From: Acidimicrobiia bacterium | Lineage (GTDB): Bacteria > Actinomycetota > Acidimicrobiia > Spongiisociales > ZC4RG35 | Reading direction: 5' to 3' | Assembly (NCBI GenBank): GCA_041744795.1 | Contig: JBGTKD010000192.1 | Coordinates: 13,628-77,627, forward strand | Length of the DNA: 64,000 bases | Part shown: piece by piece, positions 38,060 to 48,000 of the stretch | How the letters are laid out: every line of letters begins with the position of its first letter | Numbering within the stretch: the stretch's first letter is position 1 | Notes under the pieces: generated by a model | The model's input: only the letters and a program-made list of their open reading frames with translations | What the model was told of the DNA's origin: nothing | Databases searched by the model: none | Translations under genes and position numbers: made by a program

Positions 38060-38300
38060 GCCAATTCCGCTCACCGGCCCCCCTCGCCCGGTTCCGTCGG
38101 GCGGTTCAGGAGGAACGAAAAGGATCAGGCCGGCCGAAGGCCGGGCCGAATGATCTAATCGACGAGGTCGCTTCGCTTACCGCCCCCCTCGCCCGGCTAC
38201 GCCGGGCGGTCCCCCCAACTTCGCTTCGCTCCTGGGTGGACAAATTCTTGCCGCCCGCCCCGCTCGGTCAGCCTTCGGCTGTGCTCGGTCGAGGGGGGAC
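38060..38300. repeat. GC-rich hairpin-dense intergenic region with direct repeats of CCCCCCTCGCCCGG
   Basis: Two copies of CCGCCCCCCTCGCCCGG (38083-38099 and 38182-38198), each followed by a perfect hairpin (e.g. GCCCGGC-TAC-GCCGGGC), plus GGCCGG-CCGAA-GGCCGG and CAGCC-TTCGG-CTG hairpins. Could be a regulatory element or ncRNA. Confidence 0.4.
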
Positions 38301-38302
38301 AG

Positions 38303-39196
38303 ATGAGTCCTACTGTTGTTGCTGTGATCGCTGTTATTTCTTATCCGCCGATTCCGCTTTTTGAGGTTGGGCCGCTGACGATGTCCCTCCATGGGGTCTT
38401 CGCCGCTCTTGGGTTCGTGGCGGGAGCGTTCTACACGACGAAGCTCCTGAACGAGCGCGGGTTCTCCGGGGAGGCCTTCCAGTCGGTGCTTTCCTGGGCC
38501 CTGGTCGGCTCTCTGCTGGGGGCCCGCTACTTCACCGCCCCCGCCGCTCTCCTTGATGGCGTTCCATTCTTGACCGCCCTCAACCCGGTTAGCGGGAACT
38601 TCTCGATCATGGGCGGGTTCGCCGGTGGGATCCTTGTTGGCTGGTGGCGGATGCGGAAGATCGGGCTCGACCGTCTTCCGACGTTCGATTCAGCCTCCTA
38701 CGGGCTGGCGATAGGCACCATCGTCGGACGTATCGGTGATTTGGCGATCGTCGAGCATTTGGGAAGCGCCACGACCATGCCGTGGGGGTACGGGATCCGC
38801 CCCGGTTATGACGTGGCACCGATGCACGATGGTCTCGAGTGCGCGGCAGTGCCTCTCGGTCAGCAATTCTGTGGCGTCTTCCACCACGCGGCGATGTACG
38901 ACATGATCGGGGCGATCATTCTCTTCTTCGTCCTGATGCAGGTCCAGGGCCGGTTCCGGCTGCATTACGGGCAGCTCTTTTCGTTCTGGATCATCTGGTA
39001 CGGCCTGCAGCGGTTCGTGCTCGACTTTCTCCGCTTCGGCTCAGGCGACGCGACAATCGGCGTCTTCACCTGGAACCAGGTGAGCGGGCTCGCCGCGGCT
39101 CTCCTTGGTGTTGTCCTGTTCCTTAAATTCGGCGCGTCCGAGCCGAAGGTGTCGGACGAAAACGACGAACCCAGACAGATGTTGGCTCCTGTCTGA
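38303..39196 (+). CDS. lgt: prolipoprotein diacylglyceryl transferase
   Basis: N-terminal IPLFEVGPLTMSLHGVFAALGF and the GTIVGRIGDLAIVEHLG (Lgt signature G-x-x-x-GR-x-G) region; 297 aa. Confidence 0.85.
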   Translation: MSPTVVAVIAVISYPPIPLFEVGPLTMSLHGVFAALGFVAGAFYTTKLLNERGFSGEAFQSVLSWALVGSLLGARYFTAPAALLDGVPFLTALNPVSGNFSIMGGFAGGILVGWWRMRKIGLDRLPTFDSASYGLAIGTIVGRIGDLAIVEHLGSATTMPWGYGIRPGYDVAPMHDGLECAAVPLGQQFCGVFHHAAMYDMIGAIILFFVLMQVQGRFRLHYGQLFSFWIIWYGLQRFVLDFLRFGSGDATIGVFTWNQVSGLAAALLGVVLFLKFGASEPKVSDENDEPRQMLAPV

Positions 39197-39228
39197 TCGG
39201 GTCTGAGCAGGGAATCTCCGCGTAGGCC

Positions 39229-39972
39229 TTAGCGGTACTCGGGGTTGGAAAAGTCGTAGCGGCAGCCAGCATCCCATCCAGCCCGCTGGTTGCCGTGCGC
39301 GGGTATCCCGCCAGCGTCTTTGAGCATGCGGGCAAGGTGGAGCAGGTTCCAGGTCATGAAAGTCGTGTTGCGGTTCGTGAAGTCATTCTCCGGCCCCCCG
39401 GAACCTTCATCCAGATAGCTCGGCCCGGGTCCGGCCTCTCCGATCCAGCCGGAGTCGGCCTGGGGCGGGATCACATATCCGAGATGTTGGAGGGAATAGA
39501 GCACGTTCATGGCGATGTGCTTGATTCCGTCTTCGTTTCCTGTCACGAGACAACCGCCGACCTTGCCGTAATAGGCGTACTGACCAGCGTCGTTGAGGAT
39601 CGAAGAACACGCATAGAGGCGTTCGATCACTCTGGTCGCCACCGACGACTTCTCACCCAGCCAGATCGGGGTACCGATGACGAGGATGTGGGCGGCCGCC
39701 ACTTGCTGGTGCAGCGCCGGCCAGGCATCGGTCGCGGCACCGTGTTCGGTCATATCGGGCCATACGCCGGGAGCGATGTCGTGGTCGACAGCTCGGACAA
39801 CTTCGACGCTGACCCCGTTGCGCCGCATGATCTCCATCGAGATGTCCATCAGCCCCTCGGTGTGGGACTGCTCCGGTGATGGTTTGAGCGTGCAATTGAT
39901 GTACAGCGCCCTCAGGTTCGAGAAATCCCATTGCGATTCGGTGTCGTACTTTTCTTCGCTTGTCTCGGCCAT
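39229..39972 (-). CDS. flavodoxin-like fold NAD(P)H-dependent FMN reductase family protein
   Basis: 247 aa; YINCTLKPSP ... ILVIGTPIWLG pattern of NADPH-dependent FMN reductase/flavodoxin-like proteins. Confidence 0.65.
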   Translation of the reverse strand: MAETSEEKYDTESQWDFSNLRALYINCTLKPSPEQSHTEGLMDISMEIMRRNGVSVEVVRAVDHDIAPGVWPDMTEHGAATDAWPALHQQVAAAHILVIGTPIWLGEKSSVATRVIERLYACSSILNDAGQYAYYGKVGGCLVTGNEDGIKHIAMNVLYSLQHLGYVIPPQADSGWIGEAGPGPSYLDEGSGGPENDFTNRNTTFMTWNLLHLARMLKDAGGIPAHGNQRAGWDAGCRYDFSNPEYR

Positions 39973-39993
39973 GTCTTCCTTCCTGGGTGGGTC

Positions 39994-40413
39994 CTAACCC
40001 TCCAACCGAATTGATCCGTCGGCGCTCAATGGCCAGTAGGGGTTGTGGGCGACCTCCCACGGGTGGCCGTCCGGGTCGACGAAAGCTCCGGAGTATCCGC
40101 CCCAGAAGGTCTCTGCCGGTTCCCTGCTGATCTTCGCTCCGGCCAACCGGGCCTCTTCGATGACCCGATCGACTTCCTCGGTCGAACCCACGTTGTGGGC
40201 GAGCGTCACGCCTCCCCATCCGCCGTTGTCGGTGACGCCGCTGTCGGCCGCCAGCTCTTCCCGCGGCCATAAGCCGAAGATCATGCCGCCTGTCTGAAAG
40301 AACACGATCTCTTCGGTGGGTCCGGTCGGGGTCCATCCGAGAGACTCGTAGAACTCCCGTGCCCGGTTGAGATCCGCCACTCCCAAAGTCACAAGACTCA
40401 AACGCTGTTCCAT
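39994..40413 (-). CDS. VOC (glyoxalase/bleomycin-resistance) family protein
   Basis: ATG 40413 with a perfect AGGAGG RBS. LSLVTLGVADLNRAREFY βαβββ module; 139 aa. The ORF-track start at 40614 is an Arg-rich extension. Confidence 0.75.
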   Translation of the reverse strand: MEQRLSLVTLGVADLNRAREFYESLGWTPTGPTEEIVFFQTGGMIFGLWPREELAADSGVTDNGGWGGVTLAHNVGSTEEVDRVIEEARLAGAKISREPAETFWGGYSGAFVDPDGHPWEVAHNPYWPLSADGSIRLEG

Positions 40414-40460
40414 GTTGAACCTCCTGGATGGATTATGCCTGGAGCGAGTGACATACCCTC

Positions 40461-42884
40461 GTGGCCGTGAATCTCGCCGACACCGGTCTTCCTGTAGAAG
40501 CCTCTGTGCTCGCAGTGCGCGCTGCATTGACTGACCCTGGCGCAGCGGTCCTCGTTGCTCCTCCAGGGTCGGGCAAGACGACCGTAGTTCCGTTGCGCCT
40601 GGTGGACGAGGCATGGCGGGAGGACCGCAAGATCGTCGTGTTGGAACCCCGGCGCCTGGCCACTCGGGCGGCGGCGCGGCGGATGGCGTGGCTATTGGGT
40701 GAAGACGTCGGCGAGACCGTCGGCTACGTAACCCGCACCGACCGCCAGACAGGCCCGGGGGTGGCGATCGAAGTGGTCACGGAGGGTGTCTTGACGCGCA
40801 GATTGCAGACCGACCCCGGGCTGATGGACACGTCGGCTGTGATCTTCGATGAGATCCACGAACGCAACCTGCAGACCGACCTAGGACTGGCCCTGGCACT
40901 CCACTCTCGCGGTCTGTTCCGGCCCGACCTCCGACTGCTCGCCATGTCCGCCACCGTCGACGCCGACCGGATCGCCCAGGTGATCGGTGGCCCGGTCATC
41001 ACTTCTGATGCTCGTACGTTCCCGGTCGATGTCCGATGGAAGCCCGCCCCTCGCAAGACTTGGATCGAGGATCACGCCGCCGCCGTCATTCGTCAGGCCC
41101 TGCGGACCGACCAAGGCGACGTCCTCTGCTTCCTCCCTGGCATGGCCCAGATCGACCGCGTGGCCCGCAACCTCGATGGGATAGACGCCGACGTCCACCG
41201 ACTGCACGGGAGCTTGCCGGTCGACGATCAGGACCGGGCTATTGCGCCAGGACCGAACCGGAAAGTGGTGCTGTCCACTGACATCGCAGAGTCGAGCCTC
41301 ACCGTCGAAGGGGTGGCGATAGTCATCGACTCAGGTCTGGCCAGATCGCCCCGATTCGATGCTCGCACCGGCATGACGCGACTCACCACAGTCGGCATCT
41401 CGAAGGCCTCGGCTGACCAGCGTGCGGGCAGGGCAGGACGCCTCGGACCCGGGGTCGCCTACCGGCTCTGGTCGAAGGTGGAACACGCCGCACGTCGCCC
41501 TGACATCGAACCGGAGATCCTGTCGGTGGAACTGGCAGGGTTCATGCTCGACCTGATCCATTTCGGAGCCGACGACCCCTCGGCACTGGTATGGCTCGAC
41601 CCGCCCCCCGAACGGGCAGTGGCCGAGGCCGTGGACCTACTGGTATCGCTGGGAGCGATCGACTCGGAGCGTCGTTTGAGTGCCACAGGCAAGGCGATGG
41701 CTCGCCTGCCCCTTCATCCGCGGCTGGCACGGATGGTGGCCGATGCCGGGGTTGACGCTTGGACGGCGTGTTTGGTGGCGGCGCTAGTCGACGACCGGGA
41801 TGTATTTGGGGGACCGCTGGATGACCGACCGGTTGATCTGGCGTTGCGGGTGCGAGCGGTGATTGATGGTGACCGGAGAGCGGACCGACGGGGAACCGAT
41901 CGGGTTCTACGCACCGCCCGGGACCTGGCAAGCCGAGTGAGGATCTCAGAGGACCGAGTTCGCGCCGATCGGGTCGGGCCTCTATTGGCGTTGGCCTTTC
42001 CCGACAGGCTGGCGATCCGCCGAGGCAGCCCCGGCCGCTTCCAACTGCGGCTGGGTGCGACCGCCTGGGTGCCGAACACCGACCCCCTGGCTCCTGAGCC
42101 GTTCCTGGTGGCGGCTGACCTGGATGGCAAGCGCAAGGACGCCCGCATCCGCCTGGCTGCGGCTATCGACCCTGAAGAGGTGGTTTTTGCTTTCGCCAAC
42201 GACATCGACGAGCGAACCGAACTCGTATGGGACGGCGACCGCATCGTGGAGCGGAGCGAACGAAAACTGGGTGGCATCGTCCTGGAATCCTTCGAGCGTC
42301 GTGCCCGACCCGACGACCGAACACGGGCAATGGTTCTCGACCGGATCCGGTCCGACCCGAGAGTGCTCGCCTGGTCAGGTGCTGCAGGCTCGTTCATCGA
42401 CCGGGTGGCGTTCCTGCACCTCTCCGAGCCTGACCGCTGGCCCGCCTGGAGCAGCGAAGGATTGGCAGTCGGTGTCGACGAGTGGATGGCGGTGTGGATC
42501 ACGGGCGCAGTGAGCCTTGACGAGGTTCGTTCGGTGGACTTGCTGGCGGCGTTGCGGGCCCACCTTGGTCACGACCTAGCTTCCCGGATGGACCGGGAGG
42601 CACCGACGAAGGTAACGCTTCCTTCGGGCCGACAGGCGAAGGTCGACTACTCGGGGGACCGGCCATCGGTCGCTGCCCGGGTTCAGGACTTCTACGGCTC
42701 GACCGTCACCCCGCAGGTGGGTGGACAACCTCTCGTGTTGGAACTGCTCTCACCCGCCAACCGCCCCGTCCAGATCACCGATGACCTTGCCGGGTTTTGG
42801 AAGGGGAGCTGGTCAGAGGTGAGGAAAGACATGGCCGGTCGATATCCTAAGCACGACTGGCCGGAAGACCCCGGATCTATTTGA
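40461..42884 (+). CDS. hrpB: ATP-dependent RNA helicase HrpB (DEAH-box)
   Basis: GSGKTT Walker A, DEIHER DEAH box, helicase C domain, and a C-terminal HrpB-specific domain ending RYPKHDWPEDPGSI; 807 aa. Confidence 0.9.
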   Translation: MAVNLADTGLPVEASVLAVRAALTDPGAAVLVAPPGSGKTTVVPLRLVDEAWREDRKIVVLEPRRLATRAAARRMAWLLGEDVGETVGYVTRTDRQTGPGVAIEVVTEGVLTRRLQTDPGLMDTSAVIFDEIHERNLQTDLGLALALHSRGLFRPDLRLLAMSATVDADRIAQVIGGPVITSDARTFPVDVRWKPAPRKTWIEDHAAAVIRQALRTDQGDVLCFLPGMAQIDRVARNLDGIDADVHRLHGSLPVDDQDRAIAPGPNRKVVLSTDIAESSLTVEGVAIVIDSGLARSPRFDARTGMTRLTTVGISKASADQRAGRAGRLGPGVAYRLWSKVEHAARRPDIEPEILSVELAGFMLDLIHFGADDPSALVWLDPPPERAVAEAVDLLVSLGAIDSERRLSATGKAMARLPLHPRLARMVADAGVDAWTACLVAALVDDRDVFGGPLDDRPVDLALRVRAVIDGDRRADRRGTDRVLRTARDLASRVRISEDRVRADRVGPLLALAFPDRLAIRRGSPGRFQLRLGATAWVPNTDPLAPEPFLVAADLDGKRKDARIRLAAAIDPEEVVFAFANDIDERTELVWDGDRIVERSERKLGGIVLESFERRARPDDRTRAMVLDRIRSDPRVLAWSGAAGSFIDRVAFLHLSEPDRWPAWSSEGLAVGVDEWMAVWITGAVSLDEVRSVDLLAALRAHLGHDLASRMDREAPTKVTLPSGRQAKVDYSGDRPSVAARVQDFYGSTVTPQVGGQPLVLELLSPANRPVQITDDLAGFWKGSWSEVRKDMAGRYPKHDWPEDPGSI

Positions 42885-42929
42885 GCGCTTCGAGGGCCGG
42901 TACGAGCCGTTCTGTCGATTCAAGGCTCC

Positions 42930-43283
42930 TCAAGCCGCCTCCGGTGGAGTCTTGCGGATCGGAAAGGATGCAGCGATGACGGCCAGAACTCCGACTCCGA
43001 TGATCAGGCCCGGGATTACGAGACTCGTCCCCTCGGTCCGCCTCTGCTCGATATACGCAGTAGCTTCTTCTTCGGTCCCTTCGAACGCGACAGTGAGTCG
43101 ATCCTCCGGGTTGGGGGCTTGCTCGTCGACCTCGAAGACCCGGTGGACCGTGCCGTCGCTCTCCACTGAAAAGTTCAAACCCGACCCATATTCCGACTCC
43201 AAACTCCAGGCTCCCAGACCCACCAACACCGCTAGGCCGCCTAACACGCCAACCGCGATGCGGCTCGCCCTCGACAACTTCAC
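42930..43283 (-). CDS. small two-TM membrane protein (117 aa)
   Basis: N- and C-terminal hydrophobic helices flank an acidic soluble segment. It sits between hrpB and a duplicated hrpB 3' fragment. Confidence 0.35.
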   Translation of the reverse strand: MKLSRASRIAVGVLGGLAVLVGLGAWSLESEYGSGLNFSVESDGTVHRVFEVDEQAPNPEDRLTVAFEGTEEEATAYIEQRRTEGTSLVIPGLIIGVGVLAVIAASFPIRKTPPEAA

Positions 43284-43441
43284 ATAGCTCCTTCGTCTAG
43301 TGATGAAACACTACGACTCAGCGCCGGCACTTGAACTCCACACGGTCTCCCAGCTCGACTGGTCGGAGGGTTTCAACTCGATGCGTCGATCTCACGATGG
43401 GCGCTGAGCGTGAGGCGGATTGCTCGGGGCTTGCTGTCCTC

Positions 43442-43495
43442 ATGGCCGCCCGGTACCCGAAACATGACTGGCCGGAAGACCCGGGTGCTATTTGA
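43442..43495 (+). pseudogene. relic/duplicate of the hrpB 3' end (encodes MAARYPKHDWPEDPGAI*)
   Basis: An 18-codon stretch 558 bp downstream of the hrpB stop repeats the last 17 hrpB codons with only synonymous/conservative changes (cgatatcctaagcac vs cggtacccgaaacat), then TGA. Confidence 0.5.
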
Positions 43496-43577
43496 GCTCG
43501 CCCCTCTACTTAGAAACAACCGTCTGTCACCCACCGTGCTTAGCCGTTCGTCTTCTAAGTAACTATCAGGAGCTTGG

Positions 43578-44129
43578 ATGTTGCAGCAATTGTGGAAGCT
43601 TGCAGATTGGCAATGGGTGGCTGGGCGGTTTCTCGTGGCCGGAGGTGCCTTGTATGCCTTTTTTTGGGGCTCGTTTCTGGTCGGCAACTTCGGGGATGAC
43701 CTTTGGTTAATCGGGCTGGCGGTTCATGGAGTGCTGATCTTTCTGATCATCGCTGGCCTGGTTGCGGCGCGGTCGCGGTTACGACTGGAAGGCTGGGCAT
43801 CGTGGGTGTGGAACACGTCAATCGCATTCGCCTTCTTGGGCCAAACCGTCGGCCACCCGATGTGGTCGCTCGCTCTATTTGGCTTGGCCGGCGTGGGGTT
43901 CACCAAGTTGGGGTCAGCCGTGGCTGCATCGTTGGCCGCTGGTGGGTTGGGTTGGCTCGCTCTGTTTTGGAGCGGGGTCCGAGTAGGAGACCAAGACGGC
44001 CCCACCCCGACGGACGGTCAGGTGGTGCTCGGCCTGATCGCGCTAATGCTCACGGCACTTGGACTCATAGGTCTCGGTGTCAGGCTTCGGCGGGCGGTTA
44101 CCTCGGCTGACTTGATGCTCCAGCCTTAG
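43578..44129 (+). CDS. hypothetical polytopic membrane protein
   Basis: 183 aa, ~5 TM helices, AGGAG RBS. It is preceded by an unusually AT-rich 80-nt stretch. Confidence 0.5.
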   Translation: MLQQLWKLADWQWVAGRFLVAGGALYAFFWGSFLVGNFGDDLWLIGLAVHGVLIFLIIAGLVAARSRLRLEGWASWVWNTSIAFAFLGQTVGHPMWSLALFGLAGVGFTKLGSAVAASLAAGGLGWLALFWSGVRVGDQDGPTPTDGQVVLGLIALMLTALGLIGLGVRLRRAVTSADLMLQP

Positions 44130-44228
44130 AAGGGGGGCTCGGATTCATGGATGCCGGCATCTCCCAACGGTTCCGGGACCTCGGCGGGTAGAACGGGCCG
44201 GGAGCGAGGGTCACGTATCGTGCAGGCG

Positions 44229-45026
44229 ATGGCCGAGGCGTACTTCACAACCGACGACGGGGTGTGGTTTCACGGAACCGGTTACACCAGGGGCCCATGG
44301 GATCTGAACTCCTGTCATGCCGGCCCGCCCACCGGGCTGATGGTTCGAGCTTTGGAGCGACTGGTCTCGGACAAGGCACTGACCCGGATGTCGATCGAGA
44401 TCTCCCGGCCAATTCCGATGGGCGGCTTTCGGATCGAAACTGAACTGCGTAAGCAGGGCAGGGCGGTGACGCTCAGCACCGCTCGCATCGTCGATGACGA
44501 GCGGACCTATGCGGAGTGTTCGGCGATGCATCTGCGGGAAATCGACCTTCCCGCCAAGAGCGCACCGTTCGAGCTTCCTGACTTCGAGGCGTCGGTCCCC
44601 GGACCGCACCCAATCACCGAGACTCTGCACGGCGACCAGGCGTTTCCCTCTTCGATAGAAGTGCGATACGACCCGTCAGCGTCGATCGGCGTCGGCGGGT
44701 ACACGGTCATCTGGATGCGAAATCTGGTTCCCCTTCTCGAATCCGAAGAACCGTCGGGTCTCCAGCGCATCTGTCCGCTGGCAGATAGCGGGAATGGCAA
44801 CTCCTACAACGAGTACCTGGACAGGGTGCTATTCGTGAACCCCGATTTACTCTTGTCGATCCACCGCCAACCGGAGGGTGAGTGGTTCGGCGCCAAGACC
44901 GTTTCGCACTGGGGGGACAACGGCATTGGCTGCTCAGATGCAGAGTTGTTCGACTCGAAGGGTCCGGTTGGCCGAGCGACACAGAACCTGTTGCTCGACC
45001 CTGCACCGGATCGCATCGACCCTTAG
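44229..45026 (+). CDS. thioesterase-like (double hotdog, TesB-like) family protein
   Basis: ATG 44229 (MAEAYFTTDDGVWFHGTGYTRGPWD...), ~265 aa. The pattern resembles acyl-CoA thioesterase-like superfamily members. Low-specificity call. Confidence 0.45.
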   Translation: MAEAYFTTDDGVWFHGTGYTRGPWDLNSCHAGPPTGLMVRALERLVSDKALTRMSIEISRPIPMGGFRIETELRKQGRAVTLSTARIVDDERTYAECSAMHLREIDLPAKSAPFELPDFEASVPGPHPITETLHGDQAFPSSIEVRYDPSASIGVGGYTVIWMRNLVPLLESEEPSGLQRICPLADSGNGNSYNEYLDRVLFVNPDLLLSIHRQPEGEWFGAKTVSHWGDNGIGCSDAELFDSKGPVGRATQNLLLDPAPDRIDP

Positions 45027-45029
45027 CTG

Positions 45030-48000
45030 TTGGATCGAAGCGGGACCGTTTGTGTGATCGCCTCCCCGCGCTCGCCGGGTGAGGAGTACATTTCGTCGGG
45101 ACTGGAGGGTTCTCTGTTGGAGTGTCCGAATTGTGGTCATGGGAACACCCGTGATGCCAAGTTCTGTGCGCAATGCGGGACGGGGTTGACAGTCGCGTGC
45201 GGTGTCTGTTCGGCCGTTGGCGATCCGGGGGCGGCTTTCTGTACGAACTGCGGGGCGGCTTTCGGCGCCCCTGCCAGCGGTGAGAATGAGCTCGCCCGGT
45301 ATCTGCCGCAGGAACTGCTGACCAAGCTCGAATCCGCTAGAGCGGGCAGGGCGATGCAGGGGGAGCGGCGCACTGTCACGATGCTGTTCGCCGACATCAA
45401 GGGTTCGACCGCCGCCGCCGAAAAGCTCGATCCAGAAGATTGGGCCGAGATAGTCAACGGTGCTTTCGAACACCTGATCGCGCCGGTTTATCACTACGAG
45501 GGCACCCTCGCCCGCCTCCAGGGCGACGCAGTCCTGGCCTTTTTCGGTGCGCCCATCGCCCACGAGGACGACCCTGTGCGGGCGCTGCGCGCCGGGCTTG
45601 AGATCATCGAGGCGATCGGCGACTACCGCCACCAGATCGAGAGCCGTTGGGGAGTATCGATCGAAGCTCGAGTGGGGATCCACACCGGTCTCGTGGTCGT
45701 CGGTGAAGTGGGCTCCGACCTACGGGTCGAATACACCGCTCTGGGGGACGCGATCAACGTCGCAGCCCGGATGGAGCAAGCCGCCGAACCAGGAACGGTT
45801 TTCGTGACCGACCACACACGGTCCCTCACTGGCGGGGCATTCGAGTTCGAATCGTTAGGCCCGGTCGAAGTGAAAGGAAAGGCCGAGCCGGTCATTGCCC
45901 ACCGGGTGCTCCGGTTTATCGGCGATCACGACACCGCCTCTCCGACGGCTCTCATCGGGAGATCGAACGAGATGGAACGCCTCGAAGCTCTGCGTGCCCA
46001 GCTCGTAGCTGGCTCCGGATGGGTCGCATCGATCACCGCAGATGCGGGCGTGGGCAAGTCCCGTCTGCTGCGCGAGTTCCGAGACTCGACCGAAGCCGCC
46101 GCGATACTCTCGGTGCGCTACGACCAGCCCGGCGAAGTGGCATGGATGACCGGCGCCGGCCGCTCGTACGAGACAGCCACGCCGTTCGCTGCCGTCAGCG
46201 ACCTTCTGAACCGGTGGTGGGGCCTTGTCGATGCAGATGAGCCTTTCGAACGTGTCGAGTCTGCGATCGCTTCGATCGAATGTACCTATCCCGACGGCGC
46301 CGCCCTGCTCTCCCACATCGGCGGCGTCGCCCTCTCAGGCGATGCGGCGGCTTTCGTGGCTGCGCTCGAGGCTCCGGTCCTTCACAGCAAGGCCGCAGTG
46401 GCTTTTACGTCGTACCTTGAGGCCTCTGCCCGGAGACGCCCCGTGCTGATCGTGCTCGAAGATGTCCACTGGGCCGACGACCTGTCCCTGGCCCTCTTCG
46501 AGTCGATTATGGAGTTAACCGAACGCCTCCCCATCGGTCTCATCGTGGCGATGCGGCCATACAGGGAAGACACCTCGTGGCACATTCACCAGGTGGCCGA
46601 ACGCGACCACCCCCACAGGTATCACCAGTTGGCGCTGTCCCCACTGACCACCGACGATGGTGGCGCACTCCTCGATTCGCTGCTCGCTGAAACCGAGATA
46701 CCGGCCGAGACGAGGCAACGGATTCTCGACCGTTCCGCTGGCAACCCCCTGTTCCTCGAAGAGATGGTGAGGACGCTCAGCGAATCCGGATCGGCTACGG
46801 TGCCGACCTCGCTCGCCACCATCCTCACGGCCCGTCTCGACCGCCTCGACGAGTCCACCCGTTACGTCGTGCAGATGGCCTCGGTGATTGGATCCGAATT
46901 CGATCGGGCCACACTGGCTGCCCTGCTCGATCGGGACACGCCCGACCGGGAGATCATCGACCTGCAGCGCCGGGGCATTGTCGTGGACGCCGGACGGGGA
47001 ATGCTTGCGTTCCGGCACGTTCTGATGCAGGAGGCGGCTTACGAGACGATCCTCCGTCGGACTCGGAGAGAACTGCACCGAATGATCGCCGATCACTACG
47101 TGACGGAACGGCCGGAAGAGGTGCAGGGCATCTCCCGCCATCTCACCGAGGCGGGTGACATCGAAGCGGCGTTCCCATACCTTGTCGAGGCGGGCGTCAG
47201 AGCAACCCGGGCGATGGCCCTTGGAGATGCGATCCGACTTCTCACCGAAGCGATAGACAACACGCCAATTGGAGCAGACCCGGCGGTCATCGTGCGTGCC
47301 CACGACACGCTGGGGGCCGCGCATTCCCTAGTGCCGGATCTGTCCAAGGCGGCGGCGGTGTATCAAAGCTTGTACGACTACGGCGAAAGGACGTCCGAAC
47401 CTGCGGCTCGGGTAGCGGCGCTCAACCGGCTGGCCTTCGCCACTGCGTCGCTCAGCGGCAACTTCCAAGACGCGACCGACTACCTCGCTCAGGCCCGGGA
47501 ACTGGCAGAGGAGTCGGGGGACGACGTCGGCCTTGCCGAATATCACATGAACTCGTGTTTCGTGGCCGCCATGAGCGGTGACCTTCGCGGGGCCGTGAGG
47601 CATGACGAAAGCACTGTCGAGGCAGGCGAACGTGCTGGTGCGCCAGGGATCCGCCTCGAGGGGATGATGCGCCGTGCCGTTAACTACGCCGCCCTGCTCG
47701 AACTCGAACAGGCCGAAGCGGCCATCGAATCGGCGCTCGATGCGGCCAAGGACGCAGGGGCTCAAGAAGAGCAGGCCATCATCGAGTCCTTCGCATTGGG
47801 TGTCGTCCGGTATTGGCGGGGGGACCTGCGGGCGGCACTCGACCTGATCGAACGAAACCATGACTCACTCAGTCGCTACGGCTCGTTCTACGAGTCGATC
47901 AATCGGGTGAGGGCAGGGGAGGTCTTCTTCGATCTTGGCGAACCGGAAACCGCCTTGAGTCGTTTTGCCGGTGCACGGCGCGTGGGAGAACAAAACGGGC

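Noticed and set aside
39653-40336. 227-aa minus-strand ORF spanning the flavodoxin/VOC genes
   Set aside because: Arg/Gly-rich out-of-frame product. The real genes are supported by RBS and motifs.
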